From positions 133,684 to 197,683 of the forward strand of contig NIVC01000232.1 in NCBI GenBank assembly GCA_002269645.1: DNA of 64,000 nucleotides. Reading direction: 5' to 3'. This document shows positions 49,618-62,523 of the stretch, piece by piece. Source of the DNA: Macrostomum lignano (Eukaryota). The first letter of the stretch is position 1; every line of letters begins with the position of its first letter. The translations under genes were made by a program, and so were the position numbers. The notes below the pieces were generated by a model. The model was given only the letters and a program-made list of their open reading frames with translations, did no database searches and was not told the DNA's origin.

Positions 49618-50721
49618 CAGTGTTGGGCACTTCCGTTACCGAGTAACTTGCAAATGGTAACGCAAGTTACTTTTTCGTAAAGCGTTCCTTACGCAAGTTA
49701 CTTTTTTATTTTAGTAACGGAGTAACGGTAAGTTACTCAAATTTCGGAAGTCCGTTACAGTTACTTTGCAACAATCGCAATATTTAAATTAAAAACTGAA
49801 ATGCTTAGCTAGTACGCCGGTTGTCACATGTTTTTGCATTTTTCATTCATAAATTCAAAATTAAGTGAATAGTATCATATGGTATTGCGTTTAATTAATG
49901 AAGAAATACTTGAAACATGTTTTACTTTGTTAATATTGGTAAAATATTTTCGCCTTTCATTGAGGCTTTTCATATTACCAATTCCAGAATCAGAATCGGT
50001 TCGGATCTTCCAAGAAAAACAGCAGTATAACTATTTAATTCTGTTGAATGTTTGACTGCCTTAACAACCTCACATAGCACAATTTTTCACTTTCTTCTTA
50101 GCGATTTTCATTCAATAATAAAAACTTTATAGCACGTATCTCCCTCTAGTTATGGAGACAAAAAGTTATACTTCACAAATTGGTTCTGATTCTGGAACCA
50201 GAACTAGCTATATGAAAAGGCCCATTTTCGTTACTAAAAATTTTCAAGTTTGATTCAAACAAACAACCAAAGAAAGAAATTCATCTGTAGCCTCCACAAG
50301 TCCCTCCACTGGCACTGCAGTACACTACACCATTTTATACAGTTCTATTTATTTTACTCTATTGAATTATTGATATTCGTTTATTTTATCATTTATAATT
50401 TTAATTATTGATTGCCATTGCCCATTGGTCCTTCTATTTGCCTCACATCGTGTCGCCAATTCCTGTCTCTGTCTGTTAATCGGTTAATCCCAATGCCCAA
50501 TGGCAAATTTCGGTAACAACAATGTGAAAAAATGTGCAATGTGAAAAAAGCAGAAAATTTTGTTAATAACATGGGTAACGGAAGTGAGTAACGGACAGTA
50601 ACTTAAAAGTTACCAGGTTTTTGTCTAAAGTTACTAGGCTAACGTAAGTTACTTTTTAAAAATTGGTAACTTAAGTTACAGTAACGCAAGTTACTTTTTT
50701 TAAGTAACTTGCCCAACACTG
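49618..50721. mobile_element. Non-autonomous hAT element nested in the Tc1
   Basis: TIR CAGTGTTGGGCA / TGCCCAACACTG, exact 8-bp TSD GTAAAGGG (49610-49617 and 50722-50729), and subterminal clusters of GTAAC/GTTAC motifs. Confidence 0.92.
49962..50223. mobile_element. ~262-bp PIF/Harbinger-like MITE nested in the hAT
   Basis: Termini G(A)GGCTTTTCATAT and ATATGAAAAGGCCC, 3-bp TSD ATT. A second copy lies at 52433-52692. Confidence 0.82.
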
Positions 50722-52432
50722 GTAAAGGGCAGGGTGTACTTACTTTTGCACAGGTGTGTTTGAGCATTTTTTGCCATAGCTCCGTAGCCACAAAGAGTTT
50801 TTCAAAGCTTGATGTGTCAAAATAAATGCCAGTCAATAAGGATCATTGTGATGCAGTTTTGTTGTAATACAGCTGACGGTTCAGAAATTTTAACAGTTTT
50901 TCTCAATTTTTGCTTGGGGTGTACTTACTTTTGTGCATGACTGTATATACATATATTTATATTTACTAATATGATTATTTATATTTAAAACTTTCAACAA
51001 TTATTAAAATTTTAAATAAAAAAACTTTGATTAGTATGAAATCTAATTTGAATAACTTAATCAAAGCTAGTTCATTTATATATATTATTAGGCCTTAAAA
51101 ATTGTGCAAGTTATATCCAATTGACCAAATTTAGACTAAGCCTAAAAGGAGCCTATTTAGTTTAGTAATTTACTTTACATTACTTTACTTAACAATAGTA
51201 GAAAATCCACATGAGGCATGGGAGGGCCACAAGTGGGAGGGATAGCCACTTCCTTTTTTGCTATGGCTAGACTTGCATATAAAGAAGATAAGCTCCTAGG
51301 GCTTTATTATAATTTTAGGCCTATTTTAAGCCTATCCAAAAAGTTAGACTTAAAAAATCCTAGATCCCTCATTATTACTGGTATTGATGATAATATAGTA
51401 AGTATATCTATGGCCTTGACTTAAAGGCTACATGCATGCTAAGAGGCAGAGCAAGAATATATATAAAATCAACTTGGCTTGCTATTAGAGCAAGCCTAAC
51501 ATTGAAATAGATATACTAATTATAGATAGGCCCTAAAACTCTTTAAAAGTCTAGGCTCATTGTATTATATATATTATTTATACAAACAAACTTTCAAATA
51601 ATTATTGAAATCTAATTTGCCTTTAGCTTTACTAGATCTAGGCCTTACTTTAAAAATAATAGGCTTACCTATAATGGTATAAGACCAACCCACAGCAAAG
51701 ATAGTAGATACAAATCTAATAGAAAGTTAGACATCTCTGATATATAACTTTTTTGGTTATAGGAACATTCTTAATATATATCCAATTTTGATGATCCTCT
51801 GAAGAATCCCTTTTTAAAAAAATGGTAGAAATAATAAAACATAATACAAGCATTATCTGTTTACTATTTTTGTTATCATTATCAATTTAGACATTTAGAG
51901 CTATGGCCTAGGCCATCTTGGTCATGTACCCCTACAACTAGGGCATACTGGCATAGGACCTAGGCCTTGAGTCTTGAGCATCCAACCAAAGCCTAGGCCA
52001 ATATTTCTTAGTGTAAAAAATTAATAAATTAATAAATAGGCCTAGGCTTATCCCTTAATTCTTTGAACCATTTTTATTTCATTTTATCTCAATCAGAACT
52101 ATCAATCAAATCAAACTGTCAGTATCAGTATAACTAGTCTTAATCACATTATTATCATGCCTTACTTATCATTTCAGAAGCATGCATTATGGGATCTAGT
52201 CACCTAGCCAAACATTACATAACAATCTGCAATCAGTCAGTGGGCTGATGGTCTGACTACTGTTGAAATGCAAACAAATTTGTCACGAGCTTCAATTATT
52301 TAAATACAAACAAACACAATTAAGTTCGAAATTAAAAATGCTCCTCAATTTACATCGACATGATAAATGCACGTAACGCTTATTGTAATTGATCATGACG
52401 ATAAATCATAAATCTATCAATTAGAGATCACA

Positions 52433-52692
52433 GGGCCTTTTCATATTGCTTGCTCTGGTTCCAGAACCAGAACCAATTTGTGAAGTATAACTTTTTGTCT
52501 CCATAACTAGAGGGAGATACGTGCTATAAAGTTTTTATTATTGAATGACAATCGCCAAGAAGAAAGTGAAAAATTGTGCTAAGTTAGGTTGTTAAGGCAG
52601 TCAAATATTAACAGAGTTTAATAGTTATACTGCTGTTTTTCTTGGAATTCCGAACCGATTCTGGTTCTGGAATTGGTAATATGAAAAGGCCC
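52433..52692. mobile_element. Second copy of the same MITE, in opposite orientation
   Basis: GGGCCTTTTCATATT...AATATGAAAAGGCCC with 3-bp TSD ACA. The body is the reverse complement of 49962-50223 with scattered substitutions. Confidence 0.88.
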
Positions 52693-54185
52693 ACAGTGTG
52701 AGGCTGTGCCTGTGAGGTAACTGCTGGTTGCTGCTGGTGCATGCTGAAAAAAACTTAGGCCTACCCTAGGTAATATTATTATATCTATCTCGTAAGTCTT
52801 TTCAGTGTTTTTTAGTTTCTATAAAATCTAGCTGGATGCATTTAAAACATATGCTATTGTGCAGTATTGCAAAGTTTGTTTTACTGTGCACGTTGCTTTA
52901 TTCTGGAGATCGTACATTTTTAGTTTCTTTAAACCGTGGAATTTTTATCATCGTATTTCGTGCTTTTACTATTTGCTTATATAACTCGTAGAAAATTGTA
53001 TAGTTCATCCGATAAAATTATCAAGAAGCAGCAAGCAGAGGCAAAGTATTTTACTGGGTAAGTTAAAACAGCGTAATTCTCTGGCAGCAATAGCAGAGCG
53101 ATAGTGCATTTTTTTATGTCAACATTTCATTATTAATATTAGACGACGTAGTATCAGTACGACAGTATCTCAGACGCAAAAACCACGGGCAGACGTTTGC
53201 TACAGCGTATTAGGCCTATTATTAACTTCTTTTTCGAACAAATTTATTTTGCAGTCGTCAGTCTGCAAAATTAGAAAAGTGCGCATTGCTTTTTGAAAAA
53301 CAACCTATCTATTTCATTTGATGAAAATTATTCAAAGCATTAATCATTATTAATTGTAATTAATAAAGCGATGCTATTCCTAATCTAATTATTGTTAATT
53401 AAAAGGCAGTTTTTTAAAACAAATACTTTAAACAGGTAAATTGAAGGATTTGAGTCACAAATCAGAATCACTGTAAAGGTGGCTGATGTTTTGTTTTTAT
53501 TTAGGTATAGCTATTTTTCATTTCTATACCTCGTGCCAAGGAATTTACACTTAAACAGTAAAATGCGAGATGGTATTTGCCACTAAACGGCAATCAAACG
53601 AACGTCTTGCTTGTCTAGACGTCTTACTCGTGAGCTCAGCACCAAAATTGATTGATTGAAACTAGTAACACAGTTAATGAATAATGTATAAAGATTAAAG
53701 CGCGCTGAGCTGGAATCAGTGCACTTTGCTGCAACTTAATTTTAATCTCATTATTGATTTAGTTCTTCTATAGTGTGCCCATGCAATGTAGTCAATGATT
53801 GGTCCCTGCTGACCTACTTGAGACAGACAAACTAGGCATGTGACATTAGGTTTTTAAAATCAATGTTGAATAGAAAACGTTTAAAACGTTCTACAGCTTC
53901 TCTATTCAACACGACTATCTTACTATCCCTTTCTGTCTATCATTTTCTCAGATTATATAAAGACTTCACTATATTCTTTCCTCTGGCGGACTTTTACGTA
54001 TTCATCTCCAATCTACCTTAGTTCGTTTACTGTTTTTTTCCTTCTTGCTCCCCGTTTCTCCGCCTCCGCCTTCCCTTTTCTCGCCGCGTTTAGTCTCGAT
54101 CTTTTTCAAAACTACCAAATAGTTTGAAGCCAACAAATTCGTTTTTTTTTCATTTTTTCGACATCTCACAACCGGGCACTTTAGC

Positions 54186-57100
54186 ATGTCTACAGCGGGC
54201 TCCGTGTACGCCGCCGACAGCGCCCGCGGCGCTCCATCTTCGAGCGTCGGTCGCAAAACGTCGATGGCGACCTCGGCTGACAGCCTTAGCGCTCGAGTTA
54301 TGACAGAGATAAGCGTCATCGGTAGTCTGACTTTAAACAGCGTTGTGTGAGTTAGCTTTTAAAGATATTTAAATGCATTTAGAAAGTCAGTGATACGCAT
54401 AGTTGATGACAGATTAGAAAATTTATTCAAAGAAACAAAAATAGCCCCAGCTAACACAGCCCTAGATAACAAAGCCCCAGATAACACAGCCCTAGATAAC
54501 ACGGCCCTAGATAACACAGCCCAAGATAACACAACCCTAGATAACGCAGCGCTAGATAACACAGCGCTAGATAACGCAGCGCTAGATAACACAGCCCTAG
54601 ATAACGCAGCCCTAGATAACACAGCCCTAGATAACACAGCCCTAGATAACGCAGCCCTAGATAACGCAGCGCTAGATAACACAGCCCTAGATAACGCAGC
54701 CCTAAATAACACAGCCCTAGATAACACAGCCCTAGATAACACAGCTCTAGATAATACAGCCCTAGATAACACAGCCCTAGATAACACAGCCCTAGATAAC
54801 ATAGCCCTGGATAACACAGCCATAGAATATACGCAGCCTTAGATAACAACAACCCTAGATAACACAACCCTAGATAACACAACCCTAGATAACATCAATG
54901 GATAACACAGCCCTAGATAACACAGCCCTAGATAACGCAGCGCTAGATAACACAGCCCTAGATAACGCAGCCCTAGATAACACAGCCCTAGATAACACAG
55001 CCCTAGATAACGCAGCCCTAGATAACGCAGCCCTAGATAACGCAGCGCTAGATAATACAGCACTAGATAACGCAGCCCTAAATAACACAGCCCTAGATAA
55101 CACAGCCCTAGATAAAAAAAGCTCTAGATAATACAGCCCTAGATAACACAGCCCTAGATAACACAGCCCTAGATAACACAGCCCTGGATAACACAGCCAT
55201 AGAATATGCGCAACCCTAGAAAACACAGCGCTAGATAACACAGCCCTAGATAGCGCAGCCCTAGATAACACAGCCCTAGATAACACAGCCCTAGATAACG
55301 CAGCCCTAGATAACGCAGCCCTAGATAACGCAGCGCTAGATAATACAGCACTAGATAACGCAGCCCTAAATAACACAGCCCTAGATAACACAGCCCTAGA
55401 TAAAAAAGCTCTAGATAATACAGCCCTAGATAACACAGCCCTAGATAACACAGCCCTAGATAACACAGCCCTGGATAACACAGCCATAGAATATGCGCAA
55501 CCCTAGAAAACACAGCCCTAGATAACATAGCCCTGGATAACAGCCTAGATAACATAGCCCTGGATAACACAGCCATAGAATATACGCAGCCCTAGATAAC
55601 AACAACCCTAGATAACACAACCCTAGATAACATCAATGGATAACACAGCCCTAGATAATACAGCCATAGAATATACACAACCCTAGATAACACAGCCATA
55701 GAATATACGCAACCCTAGATAACACTGCCCTAGATAACACAGTCATAGAACATATGCAACCCTAGATAACACTGCCCTAGATTCAGAAGATAACAATATG
55801 ACCAATCCTTTGTAGTAGCTATACTGCTCTACTCCTCATATTCCCTGATTTTCAGCGAGTTCCCAGACGAAGAATGCATGGTAGTCCGTCTGTCGCACGA
55901 CAAAGCCCTATGGGCTGTGGGCCTCAGCTCTGGCAAAATCCAGTTCTTTACAACAGAAAGCTGCACTCTGGTCTATTCGTTGGACCCACCGGAGAGGAAG
56001 GAGAACGAGACGGTCACTGGACTGGTCTTCGTTCCGCCCGATCCCAGCTCGCAGAAGACCGAGCGCCAGCATCTGATCCTAGCCTGCTACGCCACAGGAC
56101 AAGTTCGCCTGTGGCACTACACAGGCGTTGCTAATCCGTTGCTATGGACGCTGCAAGTTGAAGCTCTACCGCAGGAGGGCGAGTCGCACCCCCAGCAGCA
56201 GTCGGAAAAGTCCCGACAACGCGGCGGCAAAGCCAAGGAGTCTGAGAACCAGCAGTTGCTCTGCCTGGCCTGTTCGCCGGACTCTCAGCGTTTCGTTGTT
56301 GGCGGAGTCGGCGGAGAGATTCGAGTGTACGAATTCCGCCGGCACAACCTCATCAATGTGTGCCAGTCGAGCTATTCGGTCAACCGAGTCGATGGTCACA
56401 GGAATCGAGTCTGCGCACTGCTCTACCACCCGCTGGGCAGGCAGATGCCGGCAGACTATGGTCACGTGTTCCTGTCAGGCGGCTGGGACAACACCGTGCA
56501 GATCTGGGACGACAGGCGAGGCCACAGCCTCTGGGTGTACTTTGGCCCGCACGTCTGCGGCACTGACGCCTTGGACATTGATCCTCTGCAGAATCACATC
56601 CTCACCAGCAGCTGGGAGAGGCACAGGGCTCTGCTGCAGGTAAGCTGTGGAATGCATTTGGATCTCTGACCCTGCATTCTCTGACCCTGCATTCTCTGAC
56701 CCTGCATTCTCTGACCCTGCATTCTCTGACCCTGCATTCTCTGACTCTGCATTCTCTGACCCTGCATTCTCTGACCCTGCATTCTCTGACCCTGCATTCT
56801 CTTACCCTGCATTCTCTGACCCTGCATTCATCTCTGACCCTGCATTCTCTGACCCTGCATTCTCTGACCCTGCATTCTCTGACCCTGCATTCTCTGACCC
56901 TGCATTCTCTGACCCTGCATTCTCTGACCCTGCATTCTGTGACCCTGCATTCTCTGACCCTGCATTCTCTGACTCTGCATTCTCTGACCCTGCATTCATC
57001 TCTGACCCTGCATTCTCTGACCCTGCATTCTCTGACCCTGCATTCTCTGACCCTGCATTCTCTGACCCTGCATTCTCTGACCCTGCATTCTCTGACCCTG

Positions 57101-60100
57101 CATTCTCTGACCCTGCATTCTCTGACCCTGCATTCTCTGACCCTGCATTCTCTGACCCTGCATTCTCTGACCCTGCATTCATCTCTGACCCTGCATTCTC
57201 TGACCCTGCATTCTCTGACCCTGCATTTTCCGAATCCTGCTCACTGATTGCAATTAATAGAAATGGAAGTAAAGTAATTTTTGAAAAATGCTACACAACG
57301 TGTGAAACAATGTTTATCGATAAAGTTCAACGTCCTTGACATTGAAAATGTGCATCAAAAATTTACCTCTGAGATCGTCAACTCCTCAGTGGTATTTGAC
57401 GCTTGTCAATCTTGTTATAAAATGTGCAACTTTAACTGACTGACTGACACTGCATAGCCTTCCACAAAAAGGTGTTGTGACTAACAGCGCGATTAGCATT
57501 GCACAGATAACAAGTGTGATAAAATTGGCGGTAAAAAACACATTTTGCCAAAACTGTACTCACTTTTATTACCCTACTCGGTAGATTTGGGGTTTTATGA
57601 TTGAATCTTTCTACATTTTTGGTTTAGTCTGTTCTTGATAGTTGAGAAGACATTTTGGTTTCATTCTGAATTTTTTGTGACTAATAATATTTTTTATCTT
57701 TAGTATTTGATAGCCGGTTTGTGTGTGATTGTGTATAAACTCATCTGACTTAAGCACATGTAATGACCTACTCCATGACCCAAGCGTGACCTACTCCATG
57801 ACCCAGGCGTGACCTACTCCATGACCCAAGCGTGACCTACTCCATGACCTAAGCGTGACCTACTCCATGACCTAAGCGTGACCTACTCCATGACCCAGGC
57901 GTGACCTACTCCATGACCCAAGCGTGACCTACTCCATGACCCAAGCGTGACCTACTCCATGACCCAAGCGTGACCTACTCCATGACCCAAGCGTGACCTA
58001 CTCCATGACCCAAGTGTGACCTACTCCATGACCCAAGTGTGACCTACTCCATGACCCAAGCGTGACCTACTCCATGACCCAAGCGTGACCTACTCCTTGA
58101 CCCAAGCGTGACCTACTCCATGACCCAATCTAACATCTTTACCAGGTATGGAAATTTCAAGACGAAGCCGCCAGAGGCCGCGTTGATCTGGACGAGCCTG
58201 GCGTCCAAGAGGACATGCTAAAAGGCCGTCCGCTGGGTGAACTTCAACAGGACCCGCTGACCGCACCGTCCATGGGCTACGTGGCCCAGTGGCTGGGCGA
58301 TCAGTACATGCTGTTCGCGGGGAGCAATGCAAACCTGCTCAAAATTGTCGACAGAGGCACGCTTAATGTGAGATTATGCATTAGTTAATCTTTGTTTGAG
58401 TCTTGGTATGACTCACTGTGTCTCAATGTTTGTCTCACTTGTGTGTCTCAATGTTTATCTCACTGTGTGTCTCAATGTTTATCTCACTGTGTGTCTCAAT
58501 GTTTATCTCACTGTCTGTCTCAATGTTTATCTCACTGTGTGTCTCAACGTTTATCTCACTGTGTGTCTCAATGTTTATCTCACTGTGTCTCAATGTTTAT
58601 CTCACTGTGTCTCAATGTTTATCTCACTGTGTGTCTCAACGTTTATCTCACTGTGTGTCTCAACGTTTATCTCACTGTGTGTCTCAACGTTTATCTCACT
58701 GTGTGTCTCAACGTTTATCTCACAGTGTTCCTCGGCTTATCTCGTCTTAAAATTTAATAATTTTTGACATTTGCGTTCAAACTCTGGCAAGCTGTCTCAG
58801 AAATGTAATTTCTCACGGAATTTTTTTTGTCTAATTTTGACACAACAATAAACCATATCGTGGGTGCTGTCTTGTGTGGCAACAAACCGCGTATTGCCTC
58901 AACTGAGTCTAATATTCTCAAGCATGAAAATTCTCGGGTTTCACAAATACGTGCCTTCGCATTATGCAAAGAGCCTGAGCTTTCTTAGAAATAAATCTAC
59001 ATCTGATGTGAAATTTCATTTCTCTCCAGTTTCATCTTATAGAGTTGAGCCAAAATGCTTTTTGAGTTTGGAATTGTCTAATTTATTGAAAACTGCTAAC
59101 TAAAAACTTAGGGTCAGAATTTGCATAGTAATACGAGCTAAAACAGGGTGAATACTTTTACAGCCTTTTTCAATTGACAGAGTTTCATTTCTGAGACCGC
59201 TGCAGTAGTTTTGCTTTGTTGCTTTAATTAGAAAAAGTTTGAAAATACCGCTTCATACAGTCAGCTAAGAAAGAGACTGGGCCTTCTATCACCTTCTCAT
59301 CACACTATCCCCTGTCTAACAGGTGTGACACTATCCCCTGTCTAACAGGTGTGACACTATCCCCTGTCTAACAGGTGTGACACTATCCCCTGTCTAACAG
59401 GTGTGACTCTATCCCCTGTCTAACAGGTGTGACACTATCCCCTGTCTAACAGGTGTGACACTATCCCCTGTCTAACAGGTGTGACACTATCCCCTGTCTA
59501 ACAGGTGTGACTCTATCCCCTGTCTAACAGGCGTGACACTATCCCTTGTCTAACAGGTGTGACACTATCCATTGTCTAACAGGTGTGACACTATCCCCTG
59601 TCTAACAGGTGTGACACTATCCCCTGTCTAACAGGTGTGACTCTATCCCCTGTCTAACAGGTGTGACACTATCCCCTGTCTAACAGGTGTGACACTATCC
59701 CCTGTCTAACAGGTGTGACTCTATCCCCTGTCTAACAGGTGTGACTCTATCCCCTGTCTAACAGGTGTGACACTATCCCCTGTCTAACAGGTGTGACACT
59801 ATCCCCTGTCTAACAGGTGTGACACTATCCCCTGTCTAACAGGTGTGACTCTATCCCCTGTCTAACAGGCGTGACACTATCCCTTGTCTAACAGGTGTGA
59901 CACTATCCCTTGTCTAACAGGTGTGACACTATCCCCTGTCTAACAGGTGTGACACTATCCCCTGTCTAACAGGTGTGACTCTATCCCCTGTCTAACATGT
60001 GTGACACTATCCCCTGTCTAACAGGTGTGACACTATCCCCTGTCTAACAGGTGTGACACTATCCCCTGTCTAACAGGTGTGACTCTATCCCCTGTCTAAC

Positions 60101-61256
60101 AGGCGTGACACTATCCCTTGTCTAACAGGTGTGACACTATCCCTTGTCTAACAGGTGTGACACTATCCCCTGTCTAACAGGTGTGACTCTATCCCCTGTC
60201 TAACAGGCGTGACACTATCCCTTGTCTAACAGGTGTGACACTATCCCTTGTCTAACAGGTGTGACACTATCCCCTGTCTAACAGGTGTGACACTATCCCC
60301 TGTCTAACAGGTGTGACTCTATCCCCTGTCTAACATGTGTGACACTATCCCCTGTCTAACAGGTGTGACACTATCCCCTGTCTAACAGGTGTGACACTAT
60401 CCCCTGTCTAACAGGTGTGACACTATCCCCTGTCTAACAGGTGTGACACTATCCCCTGTCTAACAGGTGTGACACTATCCCCTGTCTAACAGGTGTGACA
60501 CTATCCCCTGTCTAACAGGTGGCACTATCCCCTGTCTAACAGGTGACACTATCGATCCTGTCTAACAGGTGTGACTCTATCCCCTGTCTAACAGGTGTGA
60601 CACTATCCCCTGTCTAACAGGTGTGACACTATCCCCTGTCTAACAGGTGTGACACTATCCCCTGTCTAACAGGTGGCACTATCGATCCTGTCTAACAGGT
60701 GTGACACTATCCCCTGTCTAACAGGTGAGACACTATCCCCTGTCTAACAGGTGACTGTATTCCCTGTCTAACAGGTAGCACTCTGCCCTGTTTAACAGGT
60801 GGAACTCTTCCCTGTCTAACAGGTGTGGCACTACCCCCTGTCTAACAGCTGTGGCTCTTCCCTGTCTAACAGCTGTGGCACTACCCCCTGTCTAACAGCT
60901 GTGGCTCTTCCCTGTCTAACAGCTGTGGCACTACCCCCTGTCTAACAGCTGTGGCTCTTCCCTGTCTAACAGGTGATACTCTGTCCCTGCATGTTCAGGT
61001 TAACATATAATCTAAAGTCTGAATTTGATTCTAAAATACATATGAAAATCACGTTACATTTCAAACTCAGAAAAAATATATTTGTTAAAATGAAACAACC
61101 GAACCTCAACAGATGGTTGCCAGTGTCTCCGACCTGCCCAAGGGTGTGTACTCGGTCGCTCCTCTGCTCCCAGACAGCTCCGACTCACGCAAGCCAGCCA
61201 AGCTGTCAGTGTGCTCAGGTAACCGGCTCTATACTTTCCGGTTTGAACGGAAATAA
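54186..61256 (+). CDS. WD40-repeat protein (~436 aa). Exons 54186-54346, 55856-56639, 58146-58367, 61113-61256
   Basis: The phases join exactly (GT|C, Q|V, N|M) into one open frame with GHRNRVCALLYHP, VFLSGGWDNTVQIWD, YFGPHVCGTDALDI, HILTSSWE and LLQVWKF. Confidence 0.88.
54443..55782. repeat. 15-bp minisatellite CTAGATAACACAGCC with higher-order blocks (WD40 intron 1)
   Basis: Tandem units. Variant blocks (ATAGAATAT.CGCA.CC, CATCAATGGATAAC) recur several hundred bp apart. Confidence 0.95.
56663..57228. repeat. 15-bp minisatellite CTGACCCTGCATTCT (WD40 intron 2)
   Basis: Tandem units with a periodic +3 variant (CATTCATCT). Confidence 0.96.
57764..58127. repeat. 23-bp minisatellite TGACCTACTCCATGACCCAAGCG (WD40 intron 2, next to the acceptor)
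   Basis: Tandem units ending just before CTAAC...CCAG|GTATGG. Confidence 0.96.
58412..58722. repeat. 24-bp minisatellite TGTGTCTCAA(T/C)GTTTATCTCACTG (WD40 intron 3)
   Basis: Tandem units. Confidence 0.94.
59301..60975. repeat. 26-bp minisatellite CACTATCCCCTGTCTAACAGGTGTGA, 60+ units (WD40 intron 3)
   Basis: Highly homogeneous tandem units that degenerate at the 3' end. Confidence 0.97.
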
Positions 61257-62523
61257 AGATCTCGAAGCTCTTTAACGAAACAAAAGTTACGTACATTTTT
61301 TACTTAGAATTTGACACTTCCGGATATTTAGTGAAACAGTCGTGATAAATTAAATGTATTTCAAACGCATGTCAGCAAATTATTAATTCGTCCTCTTACT
61401 TTCGTTTTACAACTTTCCTGAATTTTTCAGTTTTTTTGTCGAATAATGTGAACTTTGTTTAAATTTGTTTTTATTGGATTTTTTGTTTAATTAAGTCGCT
61501 GTTCTATTATTGTTTTAATTTTTTTCGGTGTAAAATATGTTCCATTTGATTTAAAGTGATTTTTTTAGCGTTTTGTTTCGTGTTCAGCCTTGACAAGAAA
61601 ATATTATAAATTGTCACACAAACTTGTCCACAAACTTGTTTTAATTTGGGGGCCAGATGTCATATTACGAGCTACTGGAAAGTTTTAATTACGAGCAATG
61701 TATTTTGTTGAAACTATATTAAATTTCTCATTATCTGTAATCGTTTTTATCTACCATAATTCACACCTGTATTCGTTTGCAGCTAATAAATATGTATAAT
61801 CTAAAATCATTTTTCCTTGTCACTACTTTCCACGACTTTACTTACAGTATAGTAGCACCCACGTGTGCCTTTGATTTCTCTGCTGAGCCAATATAAATTT
61901 TATCATAAAGCTCCTATTCATTTTCTTAATTTAAATTCTGTAAAAATATAAACTTTTAAACAAATAAATCGTTTTGTTTATGTGCAAAGTTTTTGTTATA
62001 TCATGTGTCTACTTTTTAATATTAATAAAAAATATTGTTCAAATTCTACAAAAACTACTACAGAATGTATAGAAAAGTAGCAAGTTGAATTTTTTCCTAG
62101 ACATTTTTTCGTAGGTTTGACGTAGGTTTAAGCGTAGCTAAAAGCGTATAAAAGGTATAAAAATGTCAAAACACAAAAATTTCATGCACTTTTAAACGAT
62201 CGCTATAAAGTTCGTGGAATGCGACGCTGCAATAAAGTTTTGGTCCAAGTATTAATCGTTGTAGCGAAATGCCTATCAGGTGGCCATAAAGTATTTGTTC
62301 GACTACTTAACCTATCTATAAATATCTTATTATGATGCTTGCATGTATTTTGCCATTTTAGAAAATTGTTTCGTCTGTCTAATAAAACCTTGCGAGCGCA
62401 GCCATCCATTCCACAATAATTATTGTATTGCTCTGGAATTTATCCCTTTAGCTGTGCGATTTGCATAAAATGGGACATTGCCATGGTAGGGAAACCGTTT
62501 TCTTGCGCCAGGGTGGCCAGACT

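Larger units (their letters stand above)
48175..50943 (-). mobile_element. Tc1/mariner element, IR/DR type, 214-bp TIRs (48175-48388 and 50730-50943), TA TSD
   Basis: Termini TA|CAGTCATGCACAAAAGTAAGTACACCCC and GGGGTGTACTTACTTTTGTGCATGACTG|TA. Each TIR repeats CAAAAGTAAGTACACCC at its outer and inner end. About one mismatch between the TIRs. Confidence 0.97.

Noticed and set aside
59301-60975. CRISPR-like appearance of this and other regular arrays
   Set aside because: Units are contiguous with no unique spacers, there are no cas genes, and the context is a eukaryotic intron.
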